Origin: Trypanosoma brucei
Taxonomy: Eukaryota
Direction: 5' to 3'
Length of the DNA: 64,000 nucleotides
NCBI GenBank assembly: GCA_000002445.1
Contig: CP000071.1
Span: forward strand, 896,001-960,000
This document shows, one piece after another, positions 22,843-33,086 of this stretch (position 1 is the stretch's first letter; the number at the start of each line of letters is the position of its first letter). The position numbers were made by a program, and so were the translations under genes. A model generated the notes under the pieces. The model was not told where the DNA came from. It saw nothing but the letters and a program-made list of their open reading frames with translations, and ran no database searches.

Positions 22843-23953
22843 GCTCTTCCTTCCACTGAAGCCGCGAGGGGCACACACGCACATGGCTTACTGGCGGTAC
22901 CCCAAAAACAACCTTAGGATGTTCACCTGTGCACAAACTCGATTGCGCATGGGCGGTGACGGGCCGTCGTGCGGCGCCCATCACCCATGTGCGCGTTATG
23001 AGTGTTGTATTGGACTCGATCGCTTGTTCGCAGTATCAGTGTTTTTCCTCCTCTTATCCTTTAGTAACATGTTTTCTCCCCTTTTTGTTACATTATTTCC
23101 ATCCCTTGTTTCGTTGTTTGTTAAACGTTATTATTATTTTTTTGTTGCGGTCACCGTTATCTTACACCGCACTTGGTGTACCACCGAGGCATGTTATATA
23201 TATATATTTTTTTTCATGGTGTCTGCGTCCGGACGCACGTGGCACAGGTTCATAGAAGCGGGAGATCATGGGGACCGACAGAATCAAATCACCACTTCTC
23301 TTTGGCAGAGATGAGGAACCCATGAGCAGATTGTTGATACAAAGACCATAGAAAAGTAGAGGATGAAATCGCTCCTCTTCGCACGAAAATACACAGCATA
23401 TACAATATCTCATACTAAGAGGAAGAGGCACTTTGGTGTGTCCGTTTTGCTAGAAGTACAATAGACCCCAAGAAGTTGAGATAAAGAGTAGATTGTAAGA
23501 AGGTATTTTGCTAAATTAAATGATATATGTGTTTGTCGCTTGCCGTGTGATTCCTTCAACTTCACAGATCGTGGGGTTTGTAAGGTGCTCCGACTACATT
23601 CGTGTGTCAGCTAAAAACGCTTTTTCTTTATGAATCTATGGTTGCTGCTACGAGGCCGTGGGGTGTCGTGGTTTGTGGTTTTGTGCTGGTGTTTTATTTT
23701 TTGTTGTTTCCACCTTGTGATTGCCACATACATTGCTGTTCTTCTTTCTTTTTTGTTCTTCCTTCGATATGTGTACCTCTGAAAACGAAGTTACGATAGT
23801 GTGTACCAGGCAAGCGGTGTGTAGGAAAGCATTCACCGCAGGGGCATTGACTGTTTATACTGAAGCGGGGTTTGTGTGCCACGAGGTGTGTAAGGTTCTT
23901 CTGTATTGGGGAACGCACATAATCTGGCAGCAAGGTTCAGGTGACAGACAGGG

Positions 23954-25969
23954 ATGCTCAAGAGAGTTATTGCGAGGGCAAGCCTCCCCAAGTCGTTGGA
24001 TGTACTGCCGCTTTTTTCTTTTTCGAAGAAGGGCAAGGGTGGTATCGAGAAGGTTGCTGGTGACAGCCAAGTAAAATCCCTTGTGTCCCACCCAAAATGC
24101 GTGTCGGCACATTTTTGCAATCCTAAGGACCACTCTGAAGCTTTACGTGAAGACGACGATGGAGGTGATGTGGATAAACACGACGCAGTGGATGTGCCTT
24201 TTGGTTTCCGTGATGCACCGGGGAATATTTTGTTGGATCCGGAGCGGCGGCGCCTCTTTGCCGGCATTGGTGAGAAACCAACGGTGCGGGACTATCGCCT
24301 AGCCGTGACGGCTGCTGTACGCGAAGCGTCTAAGTTAAAAGCATCAGCACTGGTTATGCGTTCTCTGCCAAATGTGCTGTATTCGGTTGGAGACTTGTTT
24401 CAGCCTGCGAGCGCTCTCCCGGCGGAGGACGTAGCTGAAAAAACGGTTACTTATGCCGTCGCGGCGGCGTATCGGTACGACCGATTTCTATCGAAGGCTA
24501 AAGGTGGCTTGCCCCCTCCGAGCCGTGGTAGGCGAAATAAGGCGGTTGCAGAAGGGAGTCATGAGCAGTTGAATTTAATTATTGACTGCGGGGACAAGAC
24601 TTCTATTGCCAGTGGAAATATCATTGGACATTGCATAAATGACGCACGAAACCTGGGTAATCTTCGTGAGGATGAGGGCACTCCGCAGTTTTACTGTGAG
24701 TGGATTCATCAGGAACTGGCCCCACTTGGCATTAAGGTGCAGAACGTGTTGCACGGAGAGCAGCTTGAGAAGGCGGGGTTGAACCTCATATACAACGTTG
24801 GAAAGGGGTCAAAACACACGCCTTATTTGGTTGTGTTTGAGTACGTCGGTGACAAGAGGAGCAATAAGGCAACTGCCCTCGTGGGCAAGGGTGTTACATT
24901 TGATTGCGGTGGTCTTAACATTAAACCATTCGGGTCGATGGAGACGATGCACATGGATATGATGGGTGCAGCCACGGTTATGGCTACGATGAAGGCTATC
25001 GCCGAACTTCAACTACCAGTTAACGTTGTGGCCGCCGTTGGGCTCGCGGAAAACGCGATCGGTCCAAGCAGCTACCACCCATCATGCATTTTGACTAGCC
25101 GCAAAGGACTAAGTGTTGAGGTGTTGAACACGGATGCCGAGGGGAGGCTTGTACTTGCTGACACACTGACTTACCTTCAGAAGGACGCTAAACTAGTGAA
25201 GAAGGCCGATACGATCATCGACATTGCGACCCTCACAGGCGCAATTGTTGTCGGCCTTGGGAGCCGGCGTGCAGGTCTCTTTGGCAACGACATCGCGCTG
25301 GTGCAGCAGCTTATGGCTAGCGGGCGAAGCAGTGGGGAGGAGGTTTGGCCGATGCCCATCGGGGATGAACACCAGAGGGCGATCAAAGGGAATATTGCCG
25401 ACCTTGTTAACGTACCGAGCGTGCGTGAGGGCGGTTCCTGCACTGCAGCGGCGTTCCTAAGCAACTTTGTGGAGAAAGATGTGAAATGGGCGCATCTTGA
25501 TATTGCAGGTTCGGGGATGGGGACCGACAAGCCAAGGGGATTCCAACCAGCGGGGGCACCCGGATTTGGTGTTGAGCTTCTGGTGGACTACTTTCGCCAG
25601 CACGTCATGGCTTCTTCAAAGGGAGTGTCGACGGGTAAGGATGGAAGCCACGGTGATGCGGAAGAGTCTACTCAAGAAGAGGGTGCTAATGCTGAAGTGA
25701 GTGAGGAAAATACCAAAAGATCTAAGACCAGCGCAGGTGGAAAGAAGTTAACGAAAAATGCCGAACCGAAGGAAGGAAAGGGCAAAGAAGCAAAACCCAA
25801 CGTGAAGGGTACGAAAGGTGGCAGAAAGGTTGGAGAAAAAGGCACGGAAGGCAAAGGAAAAGCGGCCAGCCCGGCTGAAAAGAAGAGGGTGAAAAAGGCA
25901 CCTGCGGCCAAGCAGGGTCGCCGGGCAGTGAAGGGGAACCCGAAAGGAAAGAAAAGGTCTGGCAATTGA
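23954..25969 (+). CDS. M17-family leucyl aminopeptidase with a C-terminal Lys/Gly/Ala-rich basic tail
   Basis: 'NTDAEGRLVLADTLTY' is the M17 signature NTDAEGRL. 'VGKGVTFDCGGLNIKP' matches the M17 GKG.TFDSGG.S.K motif. The metal/bicarbonate-site context 'MKAIAELQLPVNVVAAVGLAENAI' is present. The last ~110 aa run 'KKLTKNAEPKEGKGKEAKPNVKGTKGGRKVGEKGTEGKGKAASPAEKKRVKKAPAAKQGRRAVKGNPKGKKRSGN'. Confidence 0.85.
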   Translation: MLKRVIARASLPKSLDVLPLFSFSKKGKGGIEKVAGDSQVKSLVSHPKCVSAHFCNPKDHSEALREDDDGGDVDKHDAVDVPFGFRDAPGNILLDPERRRLFAGIGEKPTVRDYRLAVTAAVREASKLKASALVMRSLPNVLYSVGDLFQPASALPAEDVAEKTVTYAVAAAYRYDRFLSKAKGGLPPPSRGRRNKAVAEGSHEQLNLIIDCGDKTSIASGNIIGHCINDARNLGNLREDEGTPQFYCEWIHQELAPLGIKVQNVLHGEQLEKAGLNLIYNVGKGSKHTPYLVVFEYVGDKRSNKATALVGKGVTFDCGGLNIKPFGSMETMHMDMMGAATVMATMKAIAELQLPVNVVAAVGLAENAIGPSSYHPSCILTSRKGLSVEVLNTDAEGRLVLADTLTYLQKDAKLVKKADTIIDIATLTGAIVVGLGSRRAGLFGNDIALVQQLMASGRSSGEEVWPMPIGDEHQRAIKGNIADLVNVPSVREGGSCTAAAFLSNFVEKDVKWAHLDIAGSGMGTDKPRGFQPAGAPGFGVELLVDYFRQHVMASSKGVSTGKDGSHGDAEESTQEEGANAEVSEENTKRSKTSAGGKKLTKNAEPKEGKGKEAKPNVKGTKGGRKVGEKGTEGKGKAASPAEKKRVKKAPAAKQGRRAVKGNPKGKKRSGN

Positions 25970-27206
25970 GGGGTAATGCATTGGAACCACCGTGCCGCTC
26001 GTTTCTGTATTGTGAGGAAGGGGTGTTTTTCGACACGTAAGTTCCCACAACTGGGGGTTTCGGAGATAACATGCGGTGGTGGGGCGAGAGTAAAGACGCT
26101 TACCTGATTGTTTTGGTTGGGCTTATACCCTCCTGAGCTTGTGTTGATGTCTCTGGTCCACTTTGCCTGGCCATTAACAGTCACTGGGGTTTCAAGTAAC
26201 GACAAACAATTACAAGTAGTGTTTTTTCAAAAGAAGCCAGGTGCCTTCCTTTTTGTTTTTTTGTTTTGCCAGTCCGTACAACTGTTTTTCTAGCCGTTTT
26301 ATTTTTACTACCTTCAGCTCGAATTGTTCCCTCTTTTATTTTTTTCTTCTCTCCGGGCGCTGGTCGAGTGGTATCCCTTCCCCGACCATACGTTTTCTCC
26401 CACCTTTTTGTGATAACAAACCCCCTTTCCTGTTGTTGTGATCCACCGGGTACCTTCTTCCTATTGATACACATGGGCCGTAGTGCGGTGTTTCTTTATG
26501 ATTGTCTGGGAATACGGGTTGGTTACGTTCAAATTTCATCACATCTGGCAGCCGATGGATAAGTGGCGGTATCACCCATGCCAGCGCGGGAGACAAATAT
26601 GAATGGCCCTTTCAGTGCGTGAGAAACTGAACAGGGGAGGGGGCACCATGCCTTTTCTTTTTTTTTTTTTCATGGTGTCACAGCTGACCATCATACATAG
26701 ACGTGCGGCGCTGGTCATGGACATCATTATTTGGTCGTGCCTAATGGGCCCCGCGTGCAATTTATTAAATTTGTATTTTGGTTTGTTTGTCGCATTTAAG
26801 TAACTTAATTTCCATATTTATGAGTGAACTGCCTAGTTTCACAAATAGAACGCTGAATAAGCGTGTGCAAAGCGATATCGGGGGTGAGGGTGTGTGTATG
26901 TGGGGAGGGGAGTAAAATGAGTAAAACATGTGAATGGTGGTTTTTTTTTTTGCCACAGTTCGCTACTAATGGTTTTGGTTGAACTCATGATCTCTAGTAG
27001 GTGGTGAATGACTCGGAATTTGACTACACTACTAACGACCTGCCTCTGTATACACTTACTGGTCACAACTGAATCTAAAATTGCTTTGTTCCCCTTCCCA
27101 TTCCCGACGGGTGCACCTACTCTTAATCTTTCTTTCCACACGAGGTATTTTCCCAACTCTCCAGACTCTGGTGGTAAGTAGGAGCGGAAAGTGACAAATA
27201 GTATTT

Positions 27207-27647
27207 GTGATGGCCTATGTTTCTCCAGCACGCGTGAAATGGGCTACTTTTGTTTTTTGGAACTTCTTAGATCCCACATTCCGCTTGCACTTCAGGTACT
27301 ACCAGCGGAAACTAGCCGTGGATCGGTATCTGGAAAGGCTCGGTGTGGTAGCGAATGTTGGTATTGGTGTTACTTTTGGGCTTATGTTCTACAATCTCCT
27401 GATCGCCCGCTTTCTTCTCCCTCGTTCCGTCAGCTCAGGACATAGCATGGAGGAGAACGCAAATGAGGTACTCCGCGTGTTGAAATACGATACGACGAAG
27501 GAGCTTCCTGCGTTTTTGCTCATGCGTGCAAAGCGCGAGGTGATATCTAAGCTGCATGTCGCGGCTGATAAGGCCGAAGTGAAGCGACAGCGCGAGGAGG
27601 TGAGGAGGCTCCTTGACAGCATTGATCAGCAGCGGTTACCGAAGTAG
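27207..27647 (+). CDS. small hypothetical protein with one predicted transmembrane helix
   Basis: 146 aa ORF. 'GVVANVGIGVTFGLMFYNLLIARFLL' is a hydrophobic helix. The C-terminal half is charged and coiled ('KAEVKRQREEVRRLLDSIDQQ'). Pyrimidine-rich tract upstream at 26200-26470. Confidence 0.35.
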   Translation: MMAYVSPARVKWATFVFWNFLDPTFRLHFRYYQRKLAVDRYLERLGVVANVGIGVTFGLMFYNLLIARFLLPRSVSSGHSMEENANEVLRVLKYDTTKELPAFLLMRAKREVISKLHVAADKAEVKRQREEVRRLLDSIDQQRLPK

Positions 27648-28085
27648 CGGCGGTGCGTGGTTGCCGCTAGTGTGTCCGCTGCATCCCCGTGCAGATGCGC
27701 TGTTCGTTCATTCAGGCAATTTTGTGTCATTTTTTTCACCTGCCGCCACATTGGTTTTCTCTGAGCGGTCTCTCTCCTCTCGTTATGCTCTACTCCTTGT
27801 TGACGTGCCACTGCATTCCCTTTGTATGTGGGTGAAGCACCTTAGCTTGTCTGCAGACAATCTTTTTCACTATCCCCGTCGCCGTGCTGCAGCCTTTTTG
27901 TTAATCCGTTGGTACCGTTAGACGTTAGATGGTACGTGTATATAGGTTAGGTAGTGAAAAACAGGTCCGGTGTACGTTTGTTGCTTTGTCACACTTGCGT
28001 CACTGAACGCCATTCAGCTCTTCCAGGAGAGTTGGGGTTAGGGAAACATCGTGTAATCACGTTGTGAGTAGCCCACAGCTTCTGT

Positions 28086-31000
28086 GTGTTGGAAATGCTG
28101 AGAAACTTGCAAGCCCCGCCTGATTTAGAACCCCCAGCACCTCAGCTGCTTGCCGTGCGGGGTTGCTCGCTCATCACGTCGCGATGGCTCCAGGTGCTTT
28201 CGTACATTCTGGCGGAGGTTTGCAGCTCTGCGACACTACTAGATGATTATGTGCGCGCCACGCTGAATGTGTCGCATCACTTGCTCTCCGCGTGGCACAG
28301 CATAGCGGTGGCGGCTCATCGCCCGCGTGAACAACGTACGAGCGGGAGCTCTTCCGGTTGGCGCTCTGTTTCTAGGGATGGTACCGTACCACAGACGGAC
28401 CGTGTGCGCTGGGAGAAGGAGGCTACAGCTGCTAGGCATGTCGAGCTAGTTCGTCACCTGGTTGTCATGGCGCTGCTGCAGCAGTTCTTGTCTGTGCCCG
28501 TTTCTGGGAGCTCTGACACTGTGCTGCGTGACTTGCTCTTACGACACCGTCGATGGCGTCAGCGGAGGGCTGGTAAGGGCCGATTCACCGAGCTCGGCGA
28601 CGCGGAGGGTGGTTTGGTAGGGGATGATGATAATAACTGCGATGGCGGGGGCCCTCGTGCGCCGCGTGGACGGGACCGGGAGGAAAGCAAAAACAATAAG
28701 CGGCCACGGCCTCACTCTGTGGATCGCTTTGGGTGTTCTTCTTCATGGTCCACCTTGCCATCGATGGGCCAGCGACCGGACGATGATTGTTCCATTTGTG
28801 ACGAGGAGCGTTGTGACGACAACACGTGCTCTTCGGTGGACTTGCGGTTGTTTATGCGTGCGGCTGTCGCCATGAACCCCACCGCCTGCGCCCTGCAGCT
28901 CATTTCGCGTTGCATCGTGTGTATCCAGAGTGATTGGAGTTGTGACTGCAAGGACGGTGCGCCTCCCACGTCGCCGGTGGGTTTCCGTGGGCCTGATGCT
29001 GGGGACGGTGGCGTTGCGGGTAACCGCTACTTTGTTTTCGTGGCAAGTCGTGACGTTGCTGCATGTGAGCACTCAGGGCCATGCTTTGGAAACCGCAAGT
29101 TTATTTTTGTACATTGCGAGCGGCCTAGCTGTGAGGATGTTGAGCCTTCGCGTTGCTCTCGTCATTGTCCGGTAGTTATACCACCCCCGGAAACCGCAGC
29201 TGGCACCGTGGCTCCTATTGCTCTTGTGGCTTCGCGGAGGGGTGGGGGGCCGTTGCTTGGAGACGGCGGTGTGTGGGGTCATGTGATGCGGTCGATGAGG
29301 CAACTGCGACTTGAGCTGGGTCGAGGCGGCTTGGGCGTCCCCGCTCGTAGTGGTGTAGTGGCTTGCTTGCCCTCTGTTGCTCGCCCCGCTTGCAATGCTC
29401 AGGGCAGGCCGTCCTTTTCGAGAGAGGGGGCTGGGAGGTTCTTACTTCCGCCCCTCGCACCGAACCGTAGGTGCTCCACTGAGCACTGCATGGGATGCGG
29501 CCCCCTGCCGACCGATGCGCGCTCCCAGCGGGGGATTGACAGCGGGGAGGATGGCAGCGTGGGTGAAAGTGACGAGGGACGATCATCGTGGTTCCTTATG
29601 TATTCTGACCGGTGCAGCGCCACTGGGGCTTTCTTCTCCGGTGCAGTGCCCTCCGTGGGGCGGCTCATCGCGTTCCCTTCCCCTCTTACAGGCTCATCGA
29701 GCGAGCCGGTGCCGGTGGTGCAGCCCACATCCAATTTGGAGAGTGTGGACGTGCCCCTAGAGCAAGCCATTTTTCTGCCACCTGCTGCTGGACACGAAGT
29801 GCGCCATACAGGAAGGCCGTCTACGGAGGTGGACGAGTACAGTAAGTCAGTCATGGCTGGTCATGTTGCTTTCGCGGAGGAGGTGGCTGCGCGCCTGGAG
29901 TTCTGGTGTGCCCGTGGAAGCCCCCGTCGTTGCTACTATGACCCCGTGGTGCTAAACTCTGCAGGGGATAATGGTGATGGGGCTTCTGGGGGCACCGATG
30001 TTGGTGCGCGTCGTGGCAGCAATGACACGAATGGGTGCGTGTCTGAGGGAGAGAATGCGGGTGACTGGATGGAGGAAACTATGCCACTGATGTTGCTGTT
30101 CACTCAGGTCGGTACGGTCCGTTTCCAGTTGCTAGGAGACACAGTGTATTGCAACCCGAGGAGCCGGGGACTCCTTATTACCGCGATTAGTGAGGCAACG
30201 GAGTTGGTGATTTGTGGGACGCGTGAGAGCCGCGTTCATCGTGGTTGGCACAAGCGCTGTGACAATGGTCGTAGTGATGGACGCGCTGGTAACGGAGTTG
30301 GTCGCCGGAGGACGAGGGGAGAGAGCGTAAGTGGTGTTTGTGGTGCGAGCGACCTGACGCTTTCAGCTGGGGTTTCAGGTGGCGCCTCTCTTCATGTGTA
30401 CTACGACGTCGCAGTGGAGGTGTGCGTATGTTGGGCGCAAGGTGAAGTGCTTGGAGATGGCGAGAAAGACTGCCAGACAGCGCTGGAGGGGACGAGCGTG
30501 GGGAATGCTAAAGGTTCTCCATATGGCTCACGCTGCGGTCAGCTCCTTTCGAGACGCGAGCAAAACCAACGGAGGAGTGAACGGCTGAAGACGGAGTTCC
30601 GCCTCGCGCATTCTGATCGTTTGGATGCCCTCCTCGTTGACGGTCGAAACGCAAAGCCCATAGCCTCCGTCACGCTTGTCCCATCGACAGCTCCCGGTTG
30701 GCCCACGCAGTCTGCTACTCGGGCCGTGCAGGACACTCGGTTTATCGTTCAGTCTTTCAGCCACTACGTGGCGCCACTCCTGAATCACCTAAGGGAGGAC
30801 AAGGTACTGATGGTTGACATGGATCGCACGTTGGTGGACAACGCCATCATTTCAAGAAACCGGCTTGCCCATGGCTTCCTTGACAACCCGCTGTGGAGGG
30901 CGCAGTTTCATATGGGGTCTTCCCAAGAGGAGGGGCAGGCCGATGAGCGGGAGGCTCTGGAGAGGCATTGCGAGGCGTCGGGCATGGTAAGTTACTTTGT

Positions 31001-32009
31001 ATCTGAGGATCCACGCTGCGGGATGCGGACGGAGACTGTTTACGTTCGACGTGGCGTGAGGAACCTGCTACGGCGGTTCGCTGTGGAGTGGGGCATTCCG
31101 CTGTTGCTGGTAACCAAATCGTCGCGCAGCCGCGCTGAGGCCATACTGCGGCAGCTGCTCGACCCCGAGGGGGAGCTTTTCCCGATTGATCGCGGACGTG
31201 TTTACACAGCGGAGTTCCTAGTGAACTCAGTGCCCCACTCCGGCTTTTCCTCGCAAAGTATGGGTTCCTGCCCCACCAGTATTGATGGCGTGACAGATGT
31301 TGGTGCCATGGACGCAGAAAGTTGGCGTGAATACCGGCGGCGTTTGTGTGACTCGCGGAAGTCCACTACTGATGTACTGCGGGTGTGGGACCAGCTGTTT
31401 TCCTCCACTGAGGGAGTAGCACCGGTGCGTCGCGCACGAAGTGTTGCCGTGCTGGATGACATGCCTCAACTGTGGAGCGAGTCAGACTGGCCACGCACCG
31501 TAGCTGTTGCTCCGTACACGCTGGACCGTGTGGATCCAGATGAGTACTTTTCAGCCGGAGGCCTCATCGCGTCTCTGCTACTTTCAGTGCTCTATAGCAA
31601 GAATTCTGTGGTGTGCCCGTTACGTATGCGTCGCTTCGTTGCCGGGGGAAGTGGTTCCTATGGGTGCGGGACGGTATATGGTGAGGAGGCCACGTGCGAT
31701 TTCCGTGGCGGTGTTCAAGGGTATGGCCCTGGTGGAGAGCGCGACACCGTTTATGGCGAGGTGGAAGTACAACATGAGGACAGCACCTGTCATACGTGCA
31801 TGTCGGATGACACCGATTCCTTGGATTACTGTGGAAGGTCGTCCCCCCCACCGACTCCCTGTTTCGTTACCCTGGAGGGTGGTGGGGGTGTTTCTGTAGC
31901 TGGAGAGGAAGGGGTGGGCGATATAGTGGTTGTTGAGGAGGGAGGTTTAGATCTCCCGGAGGTGAGTGTATGGAACACTGCGGACGTGGAGGATGTAGCG
32001 CCTCTATGA
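28086..32009 (+). CDS. large (1307 aa) protein with a C-terminal FCP1/NIF-like HAD phosphatase domain; the N-terminal two-thirds are low-complexity, Cys/Arg/Gly/Ser-rich
   Basis: 'KVLMVDMDRTLVDN' (~30790) carries the HAD DxDx(T/V) motif in FCP1/NIF context (LVLDLDETLV). Downstream 'LLLVTKSSRSRAEAILRQLLDPEGELF' and 'VAVLDDMPQLW' (~31441-31480) match NIF motifs II/III. Cys clusters 'CSICDEERCDDNTC' and 'RCIVCIQSDWSCDC' lie near 28780-28960. GC-rich codon usage produces many spurious antisense ORFs over this region. Confidence 0.6.
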   Translation: MLEMLRNLQAPPDLEPPAPQLLAVRGCSLITSRWLQVLSYILAEVCSSATLLDDYVRATLNVSHHLLSAWHSIAVAAHRPREQRTSGSSSGWRSVSRDGTVPQTDRVRWEKEATAARHVELVRHLVVMALLQQFLSVPVSGSSDTVLRDLLLRHRRWRQRRAGKGRFTELGDAEGGLVGDDDNNCDGGGPRAPRGRDREESKNNKRPRPHSVDRFGCSSSWSTLPSMGQRPDDDCSICDEERCDDNTCSSVDLRLFMRAAVAMNPTACALQLISRCIVCIQSDWSCDCKDGAPPTSPVGFRGPDAGDGGVAGNRYFVFVASRDVAACEHSGPCFGNRKFIFVHCERPSCEDVEPSRCSRHCPVVIPPPETAAGTVAPIALVASRRGGGPLLGDGGVWGHVMRSMRQLRLELGRGGLGVPARSGVVACLPSVARPACNAQGRPSFSREGAGRFLLPPLAPNRRCSTEHCMGCGPLPTDARSQRGIDSGEDGSVGESDEGRSSWFLMYSDRCSATGAFFSGAVPSVGRLIAFPSPLTGSSSEPVPVVQPTSNLESVDVPLEQAIFLPPAAGHEVRHTGRPSTEVDEYSKSVMAGHVAFAEEVAARLEFWCARGSPRRCYYDPVVLNSAGDNGDGASGGTDVGARRGSNDTNGCVSEGENAGDWMEETMPLMLLFTQVGTVRFQLLGDTVYCNPRSRGLLITAISEATELVICGTRESRVHRGWHKRCDNGRSDGRAGNGVGRRRTRGESVSGVCGASDLTLSAGVSGGASLHVYYDVAVEVCVCWAQGEVLGDGEKDCQTALEGTSVGNAKGSPYGSRCGQLLSRREQNQRRSERLKTEFRLAHSDRLDALLVDGRNAKPIASVTLVPSTAPGWPTQSATRAVQDTRFIVQSFSHYVAPLLNHLREDKVLMVDMDRTLVDNAIISRNRLAHGFLDNPLWRAQFHMGSSQEEGQADEREALERHCEASGMVSYFVSEDPRCGMRTETVYVRRGVRNLLRRFAVEWGIPLLLVTKSSRSRAEAILRQLLDPEGELFPIDRGRVYTAEFLVNSVPHSGFSSQSMGSCPTSIDGVTDVGAMDAESWREYRRRLCDSRKSTTDVLRVWDQLFSSTEGVAPVRRARSVAVLDDMPQLWSESDWPRTVAVAPYTLDRVDPDEYFSAGGLIASLLLSVLYSKNSVVCPLRMRRFVAGGSGSYGCGTVYGEEATCDFRGGVQGYGPGGERDTVYGEVEVQHEDSTCHTCMSDDTDSLDYCGRSSPPPTPCFVTLEGGGGVSVAGEEGVGDIVVVEEGGLDLPEVSVWNTADVEDVAPL

Positions 32010-32398
32010 GGGGTGACGTGCCTGCTGCGTATCCTTGGCTGCGGCCACTTGCATGTCTTAGAGGTTGTCGTGCATATGCGCTGCCCCGTCACGATCTTGT
32101 TATATTATTATTGTGTTATATTGCTACGAAGTCGATGTGAACGCTATGGGTCTTCCATTGTAGCGGTATCTGTGGTCAATTGCTTTACTATGCAGCTGTC
32201 TTGTTGTGGAGGGGATGCCGGTTCGGGTGCTATGGCTGACCTGGCATCGCGCATCTCATAAATATCTTCCCCTATTTACTCTTTGTTAACACTGTCTCTT
32301 TTTTGGGGGGTTCAGCTTTGCGGGCTTTTACTCCCCGACCAAGCTGGTTGGTAGTGGGAGAAACCACTAGGCACTGTACGGAGACGCCGCCGTGAGTC

Positions 32399-32806
32399 AT
32401 GCAAGTCTCTCCACGTGTGCCAAAAGTGAAGGCGAAAACCCCATACGACCTTCCAGAAAGGGTGCGGTGGTACCACATATTGTGGGAAATGCGCAAGGGC
32501 GAGTTTCGTCGTTCTTATATTTCCATGCAGCGCCGCCACTGGCGCATTTTTTTGAAGTACGAGAGTCACTTGATCTACGAACGCGCGGTGATGGGCCTCT
32601 TGGCAGCAACGGTGATATATGCCCTCTCTAATCTAAATATCGTGAAGGCGGTTGTACGCCTGCCGACCGAGGATATTAATGAGCTGCTCAAAGAGGATGT
32701 GTGGCAGGGTTATCGGAACGAAGTGAATCAAAGGAAGGAGCACGCGAATAAAATGCTCGAGGAGTCGGCGTTCATAAGGGATAAAAACAAGCCGTTTTCA
32801 AGTTAG
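32399..32806 (+). CDS. small hypothetical protein (135 aa) with one hydrophobic helix
   Basis: ORF contains 'AVMGLLAATVIYALSNLNIVKAVV' flanked by basic/charged segments. No motif recognised. Could be a subunit of a kinetoplastid-specific membrane complex (inference only). Confidence 0.3.
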   Translation: MQVSPRVPKVKAKTPYDLPERVRWYHILWEMRKGEFRRSYISMQRRHWRIFLKYESHLIYERAVMGLLAATVIYALSNLNIVKAVVRLPTEDINELLKEDVWQGYRNEVNQRKEHANKMLEESAFIRDKNKPFSS

Positions 32807-33086
32807 GTGTAGTGTAGCACATGCTTTGAATTGACGCGAGCGGACTTTGATACGTTTGTTTGGTGGGCTTCATCTGTGCTCTGGATGGGCGTGTAGGATG
32901 TTGAATCGCGCTTGCTTTTACCTTCCACTTTGTGTGCATGCAGTTGGTGTGCCCCATGCAATTTAGTTTTCCATCTAATTCTCTCTTGTCAACGTTCGTT
33001 TCTTTTTCTTGTTCATGGTGAGGATCAAGTCACGCGCACACGTAAGTAATTCTACACAAGCATCTTCCCCACTGAGGAGCACCCCA

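Noticed and set aside
25672-26205. 177-aa minus-strand ORF overlapping the end of the aminopeptidase gene and its 3' spacer
   Set aside because: Antisense to the purine-rich (AAG/GAA/GGN) lysine-tail codons and a pyrimidine spacer. Low-complexity translation.
28712-29854. Cluster of antisense ORFs (28712-28969, 28743-29072, 29215-29586, 29399-29854, all on the minus strand) overlapping the giant gene
   Set aside because: They lie opposite a GC3-rich coding region where stop codons are rare in all frames. They have no start context or motifs, and a kinetoplastid transcription unit runs one direction. These are codon-bias artefacts.
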